DNA of 64,000 nt, taken from positions 57,374-121,373 of the IMG/VR virus record IMGVR_UViG_3300037882_003154; one strand, given 5' to 3'. Within the stretch, counting starts at the first letter, position 1; the number at the start of each line of letters is the position of its first letter. Under the pieces are notes generated by a model. That model was not told where the DNA came from. It was given only the letters and a program-made list of their open reading frames with translations, and did no database searches. Of this stretch, positions 29,905 through 38,786 are shown piece after piece. The position numbers and the translations under genes were made by a program. This stretch comes from a virus.

Positions 29905-30459
29905 TCATCTTTGCATTATACACTTGTCACATCTAATAAGTGGTATAGTATTGCCAAAAGTCCTAATGGTTCTACTATCAACCTCTCTGATGCTGTCACA
30001 AGATGGACACTGCACCTTGATCATTTGTTTTTCTTGCTTGTCTCTAACACTAATGTTTCTAGACCCTTTTCCGCCTTCACCTTTTGAAATAGCTAGCTGT
30101 GTTTTAATGGTGTCCTCTTTGTACTCGATACCATCATCAACAAATGTATTGTTCCTAGGTTTAACTTCAAATGGTACAAGCTTGCATGGCTTTGATTGGT
30201 TATTTGGGTCGGCGCCAACCGTGGTTCTTTTGTTGGATGTGTTGCCATTCTTTTTGATAGGCATCAAATATGTTGATGGATCATCTCTGTGTGCCGCCGT
30301 CTTTGCTACCACCTCTGTTTGTTCTGGTGTTGCTATAACCAATGGTTGTTCAACCCTGGGCTTTCTACCCCTTTTCTTTGGTACGGTCGCTGGCTCTTGC
30401 TCTTTAAGGGCTGCTTGCAATATACCAATAGCTAGTTCTAATTCTTTTTTAGTCGGCAC
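29905..30459 (-). CDS. Hypothetical protein with C-terminal Zn-ribbon
   Basis: Basic disordered N-terminus; CPSC..CDKC. Confidence 0.6.
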   Translation of the reverse strand: MPTKKELELAIGILQAALKEQEPATVPKKRGRKPRVEQPLVIATPEQTEVVAKTAAHRDDPSTYLMPIKKNGNTSNKRTTVGADPNNQSKPCKLVPFEVKPRNNTFVDDGIEYKEDTIKTQLAISKGEGGKGSRNISVRDKQEKQMIKVQCPSCDSIREVDSRTIRTFGNTIPLIRCDKCIMQR

Positions 30460-30934
30460 CTTTGTTTCCTTTCAGATATTGTAAACCAGTGATGGTTTTT
30501 GCTAATGATGATAGCCTTTGTGACATAGAGTATAATATGTCTGCTCTGTTTTGAGCCATAATCCTTATTTTCTCTAGTTTTTGTGTAAAAACATTATCTT
30601 TTATAGCCTGCTGGCTTCTTTCTTCATAGCTATATCCCTTGTAATTTTGGATTTTATCGGCTAGGGTTTGAGATATTAAAGACTTAGCCCATTTAGCCCT
30701 TGTGTTTTCCTTATTATATGCCAATTGCACAAAATATGCTCTTTGTTCAATCAAATATGCTGCTTCTCCACATTCATTAGGAGTAAGAGCCTTAATTTGA
30801 GAGGCTGTCATACTTATGTATCCATCAGCTTCATTGTTCTTTGATATCTGTAATATACCCTTGGTATTACAATATTCTAACAAAATACTATCGAGTTTGT
30901 CAGATAGCTCTTCCGCCGACATTTGTTCGGACAT
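30449..30934 (-). CDS. Helical protein, possibly a UvsY-like recombination mediator
   Basis: All-helical pattern located near recA; the UvsY resemblance is weak. Confidence 0.35.
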   Translation of the reverse strand: MSEQMSAEELSDKLDSILLEYCNTKGILQISKNNEADGYISMTASQIKALTPNECGEAAYLIEQRAYFVQLAYNKENTRAKWAKSLISQTLADKIQNYKGYSYEERSQQAIKDNVFTQKLEKIRIMAQNRADILYSMSQRLSSLAKTITGLQYLKGNKGAD

Positions 30935-30956
30935 TGAACACCACTATTTGAGAAAA

Positions 30957-31349
30957 TTAAATCTTGATAGCCCATTCATTCTTTCCTTCTTTGTATGAAA
31001 AGATGATTAGCCTGATATTATTGTTCAGAAACCACTCCGCTTTATCTTTGTCTCTTTTTTGGGATTCTGCAAACCCAACCCTGTTTATATGAAAGAATGG
31101 CACATATTCATAATGTTGTATTCCATGTGCTTCTACGGCTAGTTTTTGGAAAGGAATAAAGAAATCAACCGTCAGTCTTGTTCCTGGCAATGGAACTTCT
31201 TCTAGTATTTGAAGTGTTGGAAATCGCTCTTTTAAAAAATCTCTAATACTAAGATGTAATTCACTTCTGGGTCTAGTTTCTAATCCATCTGTTGTGTGAC
31301 GAGTAAGATTCCACTTATGAATATTTCCATTAAGATCTACGACCCTCAT
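30957..31349 (-). CDS. Small PD-(D/E)XK endonuclease (DUF559/Vsr-like)
   Basis: EEV...LTVDFFIP..LAVEAHG.QHY..QKRDKDK. Confidence 0.75.
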   Translation of the reverse strand: MRVVDLNGNIHKWNLTRHTTDGLETRPRSELHLSIRDFLKERFPTLQILEEVPLPGTRLTVDFFIPFQKLAVEAHGIQHYEYVPFFHINRVGFAESQKRDKDKAEWFLNNNIRLIIFSYKEGKNEWAIKI

Positions 31350-32392
31350 TATGTTCCCGTTATCTTGTGGATTTGTTCTTTGATTCTGGCAAGTAGCTTT
31401 GGGTCCTCATTCATAGATGTCCACAGATTATCTGTGCCCTGAAATTTTTCTTCACCAAAATAATACCAAGCCCCCTTTTTATCTATAATACCAAAGCCTA
31501 TGGCTTGAGCTATATATTCTCTGATGTTATCGAACCCCATACCATACCTTAGATAGCTAGATATAGTGGTCCCAGGAACACATCCAAGTGGTGAGAATAA
31601 CACCGTCCAATTGATTATCTGACCTATTCTAGTTTCGTTTTGACCACTACCAACTTTATAGGGCTCTATGCTCTTAACCCTCATTTTGAGGTCAGACTGA
31701 TACTGTATTTTATTGCCACCATCTTCAAGTAGTGGCTGACCATAACCAGATGTATTAGCCATTAGGTGCTGTATGGCTATTACAGTAATATCATTGATAG
31801 GCACTACATTGGCTAATTTGCGACAAAATTGAGCGATCAACTTAGGACCAGAAGCCCTGGTTTGGCTATCCATATCGCCTATGAGCTCTTTTTCTGCACA
31901 CAATGCTGAAAGACTATCAATAATTAATATGGACCCTGGGCATGTGTGACATATCTTTTCGGCAATAGACAGAAATTTTTCAGCAGACAGTATATTGCCC
32001 TTTTCTGACTTGATTACCGTCATTCTATTGGTATCAATGCCCACTATACCAGATAGATTGATAGACTTGAGCCTGCCCTCAACATCAATATAATAAGAGT
32101 GTCTTTTGGTGTCTTTATTATATTCGTTCTTTTGTGATGCTGCAATTATGGATAGGGCTAGTGTGGTCTTTCCCGTCTTGGGTAGCCCAGAAATTAAGCT
32201 CCATGTTCCACTCAGGATTCCACCATTTAATCCAAGGTCAATAGATGGTGATATCTTAAATAATGTAGACTTAGTATTTAATAGAGTCGTGCCATCTTTA
32301 CAGATATTACCATACTGTTCTTCTATATCTTTAATTAGTTTAGAGTGGGTTGTATCTACTTCGTCTTCGGTCGTCGTTGTTTTCTTGCTCAT
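31349..32392 (-). CDS. recA: RecA-family recombinase
   Basis: SPSIDLGLNGG, GLPKTGKT Walker A, YIDVE, IIDSLSAL, GG..IQY.SD. Confidence 0.9.
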   Translation of the reverse strand: MSKKTTTTEDEVDTTHSKLIKDIEEQYGNICKDGTTLLNTKSTLFKISPSIDLGLNGGILSGTWSLISGLPKTGKTTLALSIIAASQKNEYNKDTKRHSYYIDVEGRLKSINLSGIVGIDTNRMTVIKSEKGNILSAEKFLSIAEKICHTCPGSILIIDSLSALCAEKELIGDMDSQTRASGPKLIAQFCRKLANVVPINDITVIAIQHLMANTSGYGQPLLEDGGNKIQYQSDLKMRVKSIEPYKVGSGQNETRIGQIINWTVLFSPLGCVPGTTISSYLRYGMGFDNIREYIAQAIGFGIIDKKGAWYYFGEEKFQGTDNLWTSMNEDPKLLARIKEQIHKITGT

Positions 32393-32393
32393 T

Positions 32394-32825
32394 TTATGAT
32401 AACAGTGATCTCGGGCTTTTGCCCTTGGTGAATGTTTTTCTGGGGCTCTCTATTGTCAACTTTTTGTTGATTTCTTTTATTTCCGTTTCTAATTTTTGTT
32501 TTTTGACTATTAGGCTTTCTTGTTCAATGATATCTTTAACCCAAGGGGGTCTCAAAGAAATAATTTTGGGATTTTCCCTTAAAACCCTTATTATAAGGTA
32601 TTCGGGATAGGTTGTCAATAGGTCATTGATGGTTTTTATTTCAGCCCTAAAATATTTACCCCAGTAGGGTATCTCCCAAAATTTTATTGGCAAATCCTTT
32701 TTTTGCTTACGGGCGGCGTTTTCACAGACAAATTCACATATGTATTGGGCTGCTGTAACAAAAACATTGGGCGAATATCTACTAGGAAATTTGCTGTTGT
32801 TCGTTGGAAGCTTTGGCACTATCAT
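32394..32825 (-). CDS. Hypothetical protein
   Basis: 143-aa ORF abutting recA in operon context. Confidence 0.6.
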   Translation of the reverse strand: MIVPKLPTNNSKFPSRYSPNVFVTAAQYICEFVCENAARKQKKDLPIKFWEIPYWGKYFRAEIKTINDLLTTYPEYLIIRVLRENPKIISLRPPWVKDIIEQESLIVKKQKLETEIKEINKKLTIESPRKTFTKGKSPRSLLS

Positions 32826-33121
32826 TCTCCTTGTCTTTGTTGGACGATCTCTTCCGAACTCATATACAAAGATAATATTTGGTGTTTGTGTCTAATAGTT
32901 GATATATGTTTCATGTGATTACATATATACTTCGTCTGATCGGTAATAAAAAAGGTGTGTACATATTGCTTGTGCGTGTCCATAGTTATATAATAATATA
33001 TACACATATGTTCTTTTGAGAATGGCAGTGGCTCAAACAACACCACATTTATATTACCATAACACTTATAATAAAATTCTTGTCCGATTGGTATTTGTAG
33101 CTTAAATATTGGGTTGTTCAT
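32822..33121 (-). CDS. Hypothetical protein
   Basis: ORF with ATGA overlap to the next gene. Confidence 0.45.
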   Translation of the reverse strand: MNNPIFKLQIPIGQEFYYKCYGNINVVLFEPLPFSKEHMCIYYYITMDTHKQYVHTFFITDQTKYICNHMKHISTIRHKHQILSLYMSSEEIVQQRQGE

Positions 33122-33146
33122 AAATATTAGCTTATAATTTTTAGTT

Positions 33147-33971
33147 TCAGTTGTTATTTAAAAGAACATTAGACCAAATTTTTTCTATTCTTTTTGATTT
33201 ATCACTTTTCTCATATCCACCAAGATTTTCTTCAAATTCTTTGGTATACCAACCAGACAGGTGGGTTTCATACAAGTTATTTGGATATCCAGATATAATA
33301 ACCTTGCCTTTTATATTGACAATAAGGTCTAATAGTTCTATATGGTCTTTGGTTGACATCTCATCACTATATGCCTTTTGCGATCTTGTGTCTAATGTAT
33401 ATGGTGGATCTAAATAAAACAGTGTTGTTTCGGTATCATATCTAGAAATAACATCTAGGGCTTTTTTATTCTCTATTTGTACTAGCAATAGTCTTTCAGC
33501 AAATTCTGGCAGCCCCTCTATTCCACTTAGCCATCTCGATGTGTTTTGTGATATACCCCTCCTGGTATTTGATGTGACATATGACCAATTGCTGATATTA
33601 CAGTTGGTTGCAGAGCTAGATCTAACTTGTCGAGCCCTCACAAAAAACAGTCTAGCCATCTCTATATCACTTAATTTACTGGTATCTTCTGTAGAATCTC
33701 CAAATTCTTCTCTACTATATGGTGTTAATGATAATAGTTTAATAATCTCTTCCGTATTATTTCTCAAAACCCTAAAAAAATTAACAACATCACCATAGAC
33801 ATCATTATAGACTTCAACTTGGCTAATGGGCTTATTAAATAAAACAGCCCCAGAACCTCCAAATGGCTCTACATATGCTATGTGCTCAATGTTGTTAATA
33901 ATTGGCAATAGCCACTTGAGCCTTGAACACTTACCACCATACCAGGGAAATGGTACTTTATATTTGCTCAT
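33147..33971 (-). CDS. dam: DNA adenine methyltransferase (Dam/D12 class)
   Basis: PFPWYGGK, YVEPFGGSGAV, EVYND, FYLDPPY. Confidence 0.9.
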   Translation of the reverse strand: MSKYKVPFPWYGGKCSRLKWLLPIINNIEHIAYVEPFGGSGAVLFNKPISQVEVYNDVYGDVVNFFRVLRNNTEEIIKLLSLTPYSREEFGDSTEDTSKLSDIEMARLFFVRARQVRSSSATNCNISNWSYVTSNTRRGISQNTSRWLSGIEGLPEFAERLLLVQIENKKALDVISRYDTETTLFYLDPPYTLDTRSQKAYSDEMSTKDHIELLDLIVNIKGKVIISGYPNNLYETHLSGWYTKEFEENLGGYEKSDKSKRIEKIWSNVLLNNN

Positions 33972-34347
33972 TTTTTGTAGCCCTAATTAGTAGATGCTGA
34001 TACTGTGATGGGTCTTTAACATTACTGTCTACAACAATCAACTCAGGAACTCGCCACGTATCTATATACAAAGATCCATTAATTAGCCTACCAACATTAA
34101 ATCCACCGAAGATATTATCAGTAAACAAAACCCCAGACATAGTTTGGGCTATATAATAGGCTTCTGCTTGTTGAATTCGTTCTATATGAGATCGAAACTG
34201 TAATTCAATCCAACTAATAGTAAGATCGTTTGCATCACAGTATTCTTTTAGATTTAACCAAGATTTAGTATCATTGGTTTGGAAAGCACATTGATTATTA
34301 GATAGCTGAGATACCCAGGTGAGTTCTTCAAAAACCCTAGTAAACAT
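33958..34347 (-). CDS. Hypothetical protein
   Basis: ORF in contiguous minus-strand operon. Confidence 0.55.
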   Translation of the reverse strand: MFTRVFEELTWVSQLSNNQCAFQTNDTKSWLNLKEYCDANDLTISWIELQFRSHIERIQQAEAYYIAQTMSGVLFTDNIFGGFNVGRLINGSLYIDTWRVPELIVVDSNVKDPSQYQHLLIRATKNEQI

Positions 34348-34350
34348 TAA

Positions 34351-34719
34351 TTACTTCTTGTTCTTATTCATAATAAAGTCTGGATTAAAGCTGCTTTTAG
34401 GACGCCTCTTTTTGTGTTCGTCATTATGTTGAGAGCCTGTCTCTGTCATCATGCTCACAACGCCCTTTGAAGGATTATTAGGATCTATCTGGTGTGTTAC
34501 TGTGGTTTTGGCTAACAGTGGTGGTCTTGGAGTGGGTGGTGTAGGGGCGGCGACTTGCACATCGCCATCACCACCATTGGCTAGTATAACTTTTATCACA
34601 TCTTTTAATGTAACACTATACTTGGTATACTTATTCAGTTCTTGGTATATTTTTGCTGGTGTTTTGTGTCGATAGTTATTAAGGATGTATTCCATAACAA
34701 ATTTATTGAGCTTAGCCAT
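34351..34719 (-). CDS. Hypothetical protein (possible N-terminal HTH-like region, Pro-rich linker)
   Basis: ORF in contiguous operon. Confidence 0.55.
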   Translation of the reverse strand: MAKLNKFVMEYILNNYRHKTPAKIYQELNKYTKYSVTLKDVIKVILANGGDGDVQVAAPTPPTPRPPLLAKTTVTHQIDPNNPSKGVVSMMTETGSQHNDEHKKRRPKSSFNPDFIMNKNKK

Positions 34720-35080
34720 CTAATGAAAGCCTTTCTGCACTTGATAAAAATCTATTGTTTCTTGTTGACAAATAGTTTAAATATGTTTCAAAACACTGTT
34801 CTGAAACCTTTACAAATTCATTGCTACCTCTGTCTTGGTGATTGTGTCTGTGGAACACTGCATCAAATGGATCATACAATCTATGGTTTGCATTTAGCTT
34901 AACATAAAAATATACACTATTGTTATGATGGTTGATTATGGTTTTGGCGAAGTGTGTCTGTTTGTCATCTTTGACTATTATTAGTGGTGTTTCGGGCTGA
35001 CCATATGTATATCGTAATATGGTTATGTCTTGTTTTTGATCAAACTTAGATGCTACGGCTTCTATTTCTTTATCAATCAT
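34712..35080 (-). CDS. Hypothetical protein
   Basis: ORF in contiguous operon. Confidence 0.55.
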   Translation of the reverse strand: MIDKEIEAVASKFDQKQDITILRYTYGQPETPLIIVKDDKQTHFAKTIINHHNNSVYFYVKLNANHRLYDPFDAVFHRHNHQDRGSNEFVKVSEQCFETYLNYLSTRNNRFLSSAERLSLDG

Positions 35081-35096
35081 TGAATTAAATACCCCC

Positions 35097-35570
35097 TCAG
35101 CTCTTTAATATTTCATCTATGTGTTCTAGTGACCAGACACAAATACCAACATTTTTCACATGTTTTCTCACATCGTGGTATAGTTTGATGACATCATCGT
35201 GAATTTCGGGGGGCTTGACTGGAGAAGAATTAGGATATGTCTTAAGATATTTATCAAAATAGTGTATCCTAACATAGATGCCCCTCTTATTTCTAGCCAC
35301 ATGAAAGTCTAATGTATTAAGTTCATTTGTTGTCAGGTATCTACCATGATAAAAATTGGTTTCAGAAACCCTGTTCTTATGAAATATTTCACAAATCTTA
35401 TCATTAACATCTGGTTTAGGGTATTCTTCTAAAATTGGTGATTGTGCTAAATGTGTATTATATATCATGTAAAAGATACCACGCTCATGTCGCCTTTTCT
35501 CTGAATTACGAGATATACCCCAAAGCGGCACTGTGAATATGTATTTTGTAAAATCTCTTCTGGTTGGCAT
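35097..35570 (-). CDS. Hypothetical protein
   Basis: ORF in contiguous operon. Confidence 0.5.
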   Translation of the reverse strand: MPTRRDFTKYIFTVPLWGISRNSEKRRHERGIFYMIYNTHLAQSPILEEYPKPDVNDKICEIFHKNRVSETNFYHGRYLTTNELNTLDFHVARNKRGIYVRIHYFDKYLKTYPNSSPVKPPEIHDDVIKLYHDVRKHVKNVGICVWSLEHIDEILKS

Positions 35571-35582
35571 AAATTTCTCTTG

Positions 35583-35888
35583 TTAAGATATTGACCCAGT
35601 TAAAAATATAAACTTGTTGTTGTGTACCATGTCTATGTCTACCAATCGTACTTTTGGTGGATCACATTCGCTATATTTGAATAGACCATCAATTTTAATT
35701 TCAAAACTGTGGTCCCCACACAAGCCACATCTGCCCTGTAATGTTATGGGCTCGTCTATGATATCTTCACCGGTCTGAATAACATCTACTAAGTCTGTTC
35801 CACACTTAGAACATTTCAGGGTTATTTTATTTTCTAATACCTTTTTTTCTATGTCTGGTGCAGACTGATTATGTATGCCCTGTATCAT
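35583..35888 (-). CDS. Zn-ribbon protein
   Basis: CSKC...CGLC. Confidence 0.6.
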   Translation of the reverse strand: MIQGIHNQSAPDIEKKVLENKITLKCSKCGTDLVDVIQTGEDIIDEPITLQGRCGLCGDHSFEIKIDGLFKYSECDPPKVRLVDIDMVHNNKFIFLTGSIS

Positions 35889-36319
35889 ATATTGGCTACC
35901 TTAACTTCTAGTTCATCAATTTCGGTAATTGGCATATTATACTTATCTCTTGTATTAATCTTCTGTAGGGCTGGTACAAAGTTATTAACCCAGTCTTGTT
36001 CGCCCTCAGTAGAATCTACTTTAACAGCCCTATCATCTACATAAATGTCAGCTACGATTTTGCCCATACATATTTCGTGATATTTTATGCCATTTTTATA
36101 TAACCAGTCTTTGAGTTCATCGAATCCCCTATTATACATCTTGTGTATATTGCCCTTTTCTCTATCACCATATCTTGCTGTGTGTAGAATGATGTAATAT
36201 CCATCATCATAAGCCTTATTAATATGTTTTTTGGCATATTCATAGGCAATAGCTTCTTTATAGTTACCCCTAGTTGGGCTGGCTATTACACTGTCTACAT
36301 CAAACAAGATTTTTTTCAT
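35885..36319 (-). CDS. HAD-superfamily phosphatase (capsule-biosynthesis-phosphatase-like)
   Basis: FDVDS (DxD), IILHTAR, YVDDRA. Start moved to MKKILF. Confidence 0.8.
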   Translation of the reverse strand: MKKILFDVDSVIASPTRGNYKEAIAYEYAKKHINKAYDDGYYIILHTARYGDREKGNIHKMYNRGFDELKDWLYKNGIKYHEICMGKIVADIYVDDRAVKVDSTEGEQDWVNNFVPALQKINTRDKYNMPITEIDELEVKVANI

Positions 36320-36365
36320 TATTACACCCCTTTGTTTTACATCGTGTCGATGATTGTTCACTTAT

Positions 36366-36707
36366 TTAGGGCATTTTACCAGTTTCAATGTACTTTTCTT
36401 TTTGTTCTGTGTTTAGTTTGCCCAGCTTATTAAGCTTTTGTCTTTTGGCTTTTCTTTTTGGGTCTTCTATGGGCGGCAATGTACTTCTGGCATTTTCCAG
36501 CTCATATTTGCCCATCTTTTGTGTGTTTCTATCTGCTTGATGTCCTAGCGTTTTGGGCTCACCAATAATAGCAGCATAAACACTATATACTCTATACAGT
36601 TTGTGGGCTTTGCATTGTGGGCACTTTTTCTTGGGCTTGTCGTGATACCCTTGTTTTATTTCAAATTCAAAAGAACAGAAATCACACTTATACTGGTACG
36701 TTGGCAT
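36366..36707 (-). CDS. FmdB-family Zn-ribbon protein
   Basis: MPTYQYKCDFC..FE..CPQC. Confidence 0.85.
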   Translation of the reverse strand: MPTYQYKCDFCSFEFEIKQGYHDKPKKKCPQCKAHKLYRVYSVYAAIIGEPKTLGHQADRNTQKMGKYELENARSTLPPIEDPKRKAKRQKLNKLGKLNTEQKEKYIETGKMP

Positions 36708-36906
36708 CTAATTCAACTCTGTCACCCACAAAATATGTTACCAGTTTAGAATTACAAGTCAGCAGTGGCTTGTATGATGAATTGCCCAATATTTGTAGGT
36801 TGATATTACACTCATCATTTTCACTATTATATAACCCCAATACCCTAGCCTGTAATGTCACCACATCACCAATTACCAGATTACAACCGTTCATATCATG
36901 TGGCAT
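36688..36906 (-). CDS. Small hypothetical protein
   Basis: MPHD.NG..L.IGDVV start; fills the gap. Confidence 0.55.
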   Translation of the reverse strand: MPHDMNGCNLVIGDVVTLQARVLGLYNSENDECNINLQILGNSSYKPLLTCNSKLVTYFVGDRVELDANVPV

Positions 36907-36907
36907 A

Positions 36908-37588
36908 TTATTTTTCTAACCTTTCTAAAATGGTGGATATAAGACTATTCCTTATTATATCCTTATAATCGAATTCAAAAATTCCAATATCATCAACATT
37001 TTTTAGTTTTGCCAAAATTTCTTGAAAAGCCCCGGATTCATATTTAGATAAATCGCTTTGATTTATATCCCCATTAATTATCATTTTAGAGTCTTTGCCA
37101 ATTCTCGTCAGGACCATTTTTAATTGTCCAAAAGTACAATTCTGTGCTTCATCAACAATAACGAAAGAATTATGAAAATTTCTTCCACGAGCATAGGCGA
37201 ACGGAAGTGTCTCTAGGGATTTTTCATTGGTCCACTGTACTATTTCGGTATATGAGGCGAACTTCTTAACTTCTGCTAGCACAGGAGCCATATAAGGCGA
37301 TAGCTTCTCTTCATAACTACCTGGGAGGAAACCCAGGCTTTCACCAGACTCTACCACTGGTCTCATAATAATTATATTATCAACTATCTTGGCAACAAGA
37401 TAATGTACAGCCAACCAAGCGCTAATTGATGTTTTACCAACCCCACTAGGACCATTGATCAGTGTTATCTGATTTTTAATGATAGTATCTATAAGAGACT
37501 TTTGGGCTGGGTTCTTGGGAACAAGCCTATTTCGTTCGGGCTTACTAGTCTCTTCTTTTTGTGCTTTGGTTTGCCTTTTTCTAGTCAT
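36908..37588 (-). CDS. phoH: PhoH-family ATPase
   Basis: GPSGVGKT, RPVVESGESLGFLPG, RGRNF, VDEAQN, TRIG, GDINQSD. Confidence 0.95.
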   Translation of the reverse strand: MTRKRQTKAQKEETSKPERNRLVPKNPAQKSLIDTIIKNQITLINGPSGVGKTSISAWLAVHYLVAKIVDNIIIMRPVVESGESLGFLPGSYEEKLSPYMAPVLAEVKKFASYTEIVQWTNEKSLETLPFAYARGRNFHNSFVIVDEAQNCTFGQLKMVLTRIGKDSKMIINGDINQSDLSKYESGAFQEILAKLKNVDDIGIFEFDYKDIIRNSLISTILERLEK

Positions 37589-37617
37589 ATATCTTTGATG
37601 ATGGTTCTGTATTAAAA

Positions 37618-38619
37618 TTATAAATCGTCCACTAAAGCCGACGCACTTCTATAAGATCTTTCTTTTCTCTCAAAAAATGCCCCCATGCTTAATCCATCTA
37701 CCACCTCAGATAGCCAGGGAAATGGATTTTTATTATTAGGAAATCTATATTCAAGACCAATAGATTCTAGTCTTCTATTTCCAATATATTGTACATATTC
37801 TAAGAACATTTCGCTGGTTAGTCCCAGAACTCCAATCGGAAGTGTTTCTTGGGCGTACTCTATTTCTAGCTCAACAGCATCTTTAATGTGTTGTGTAATA
37901 GCATCTTTAAAGTCTTTGGTCCATATTCCAGGATAATCATTTTTTATTGCATCAATAAGATAAACACCAAATTGTATATGTAGTGTTTCATCCCTAAGTA
38001 TAAACCTGATTTGGTCAGAACACCCCTGCATTTTATTCTGGCGCCCAAGAGCCAATACCATAGCAAAGGAAGAAAAGAAGAAAATGCCCTCACATATAAT
38101 ATAGTATGTTATGACATTTCGTAAGAAGTCTTGTCGATGTGATGGATCTTGTATATCAAAGTCTCTGTCTATAGCTGATATGGCTGCTTCTAAAAAATTA
38201 TTCTTTCTTTTTATAGATTTTATGTTTTTATATGCTTTGCTCACTTCTTCTAATGGTAAAGACAGGGCTTCGGTACATACCAAAACGGTCTCAGAATGTA
38301 GGCTTTCTTCAAAAGCCTGTCTGAGAATGTACAATCTACAAGAGGGCTCAGCAACATACTTGAATATGTTTAAGAGCAGATTTTGACCAACCAGTCCCTC
38401 ACTATTACTAAAAAAGCCCAAAACCCTCTTAATTAACAGTTTTTCATCGTCGGTAAGAGCACTACTATTCCACTGTTTGATGTCCTCTGACATAGATACT
38501 TCAGAGGCGACCCAATTATTCTGGATGGCTTTTTTCCATAAATCATATGAAAACCTGCTTCGCATTTCAGTCAATTGCAAAGCCCCAAATCCCTTGGTGT
38601 CTAATATTTTCTTTGACAT
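37618..38619 (-). CDS. nrdB: Ribonucleotide reductase small subunit (R2), class Ic-like
   Basis: NNWVASEV, GFFSNSEGLV, QAFEESLHSETV, ICEGIFF, RDETLH, FFERKERSY. Confidence 0.92.
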   Translation of the reverse strand: MSKKILDTKGFGALQLTEMRSRFSYDLWKKAIQNNWVASEVSMSEDIKQWNSSALTDDEKLLIKRVLGFFSNSEGLVGQNLLLNIFKYVAEPSCRLYILRQAFEESLHSETVLVCTEALSLPLEEVSKAYKNIKSIKRKNNFLEAAISAIDRDFDIQDPSHRQDFLRNVITYYIICEGIFFFSSFAMVLALGRQNKMQGCSDQIRFILRDETLHIQFGVYLIDAIKNDYPGIWTKDFKDAITQHIKDAVELEIEYAQETLPIGVLGLTSEMFLEYVQYIGNRRLESIGLEYRFPNNKNPFPWLSEVVDGLSMGAFFERKERSYRSASALVDDL

Positions 38620-38621
38620 GT

Positions 38622-38786
38622 TTAATATTTATCTGTTGGGCTCAAATTATGTATTATTGTAAGTTCGCACAACACAATCACAAGAGTAATAATAATAAAG
38701 GTGATAAGAGCAACCACTATACTAAAAATCACACACGATATGTCATCATGCTTATTGATGAAGTTTTTTATTTTTTTTACTGACAT
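38622..38786 (-). CDS. 54-aa single-pass membrane peptide (not in ORF track)
   Basis: Manual translation MSVKKIKNFINKHDDISCVIFSIVVALITFIIITLVIVLCELTIIHNLSPTDKY; fills the nrdA-nrdB gap exactly. Confidence 0.6.
   Translation of the reverse strand: MSVKKIKNFINKHDDISCVIFSIVVALITFIIITLVIVLCELTIIHNLSPTDKY

Noticed and set aside
29924-30484. 186-aa plus-strand ORF and the many other short plus-strand ORFs in the track
   Set aside because: They lie antisense to well-supported minus-strand genes and show no motifs; treated as shadow ORFs.
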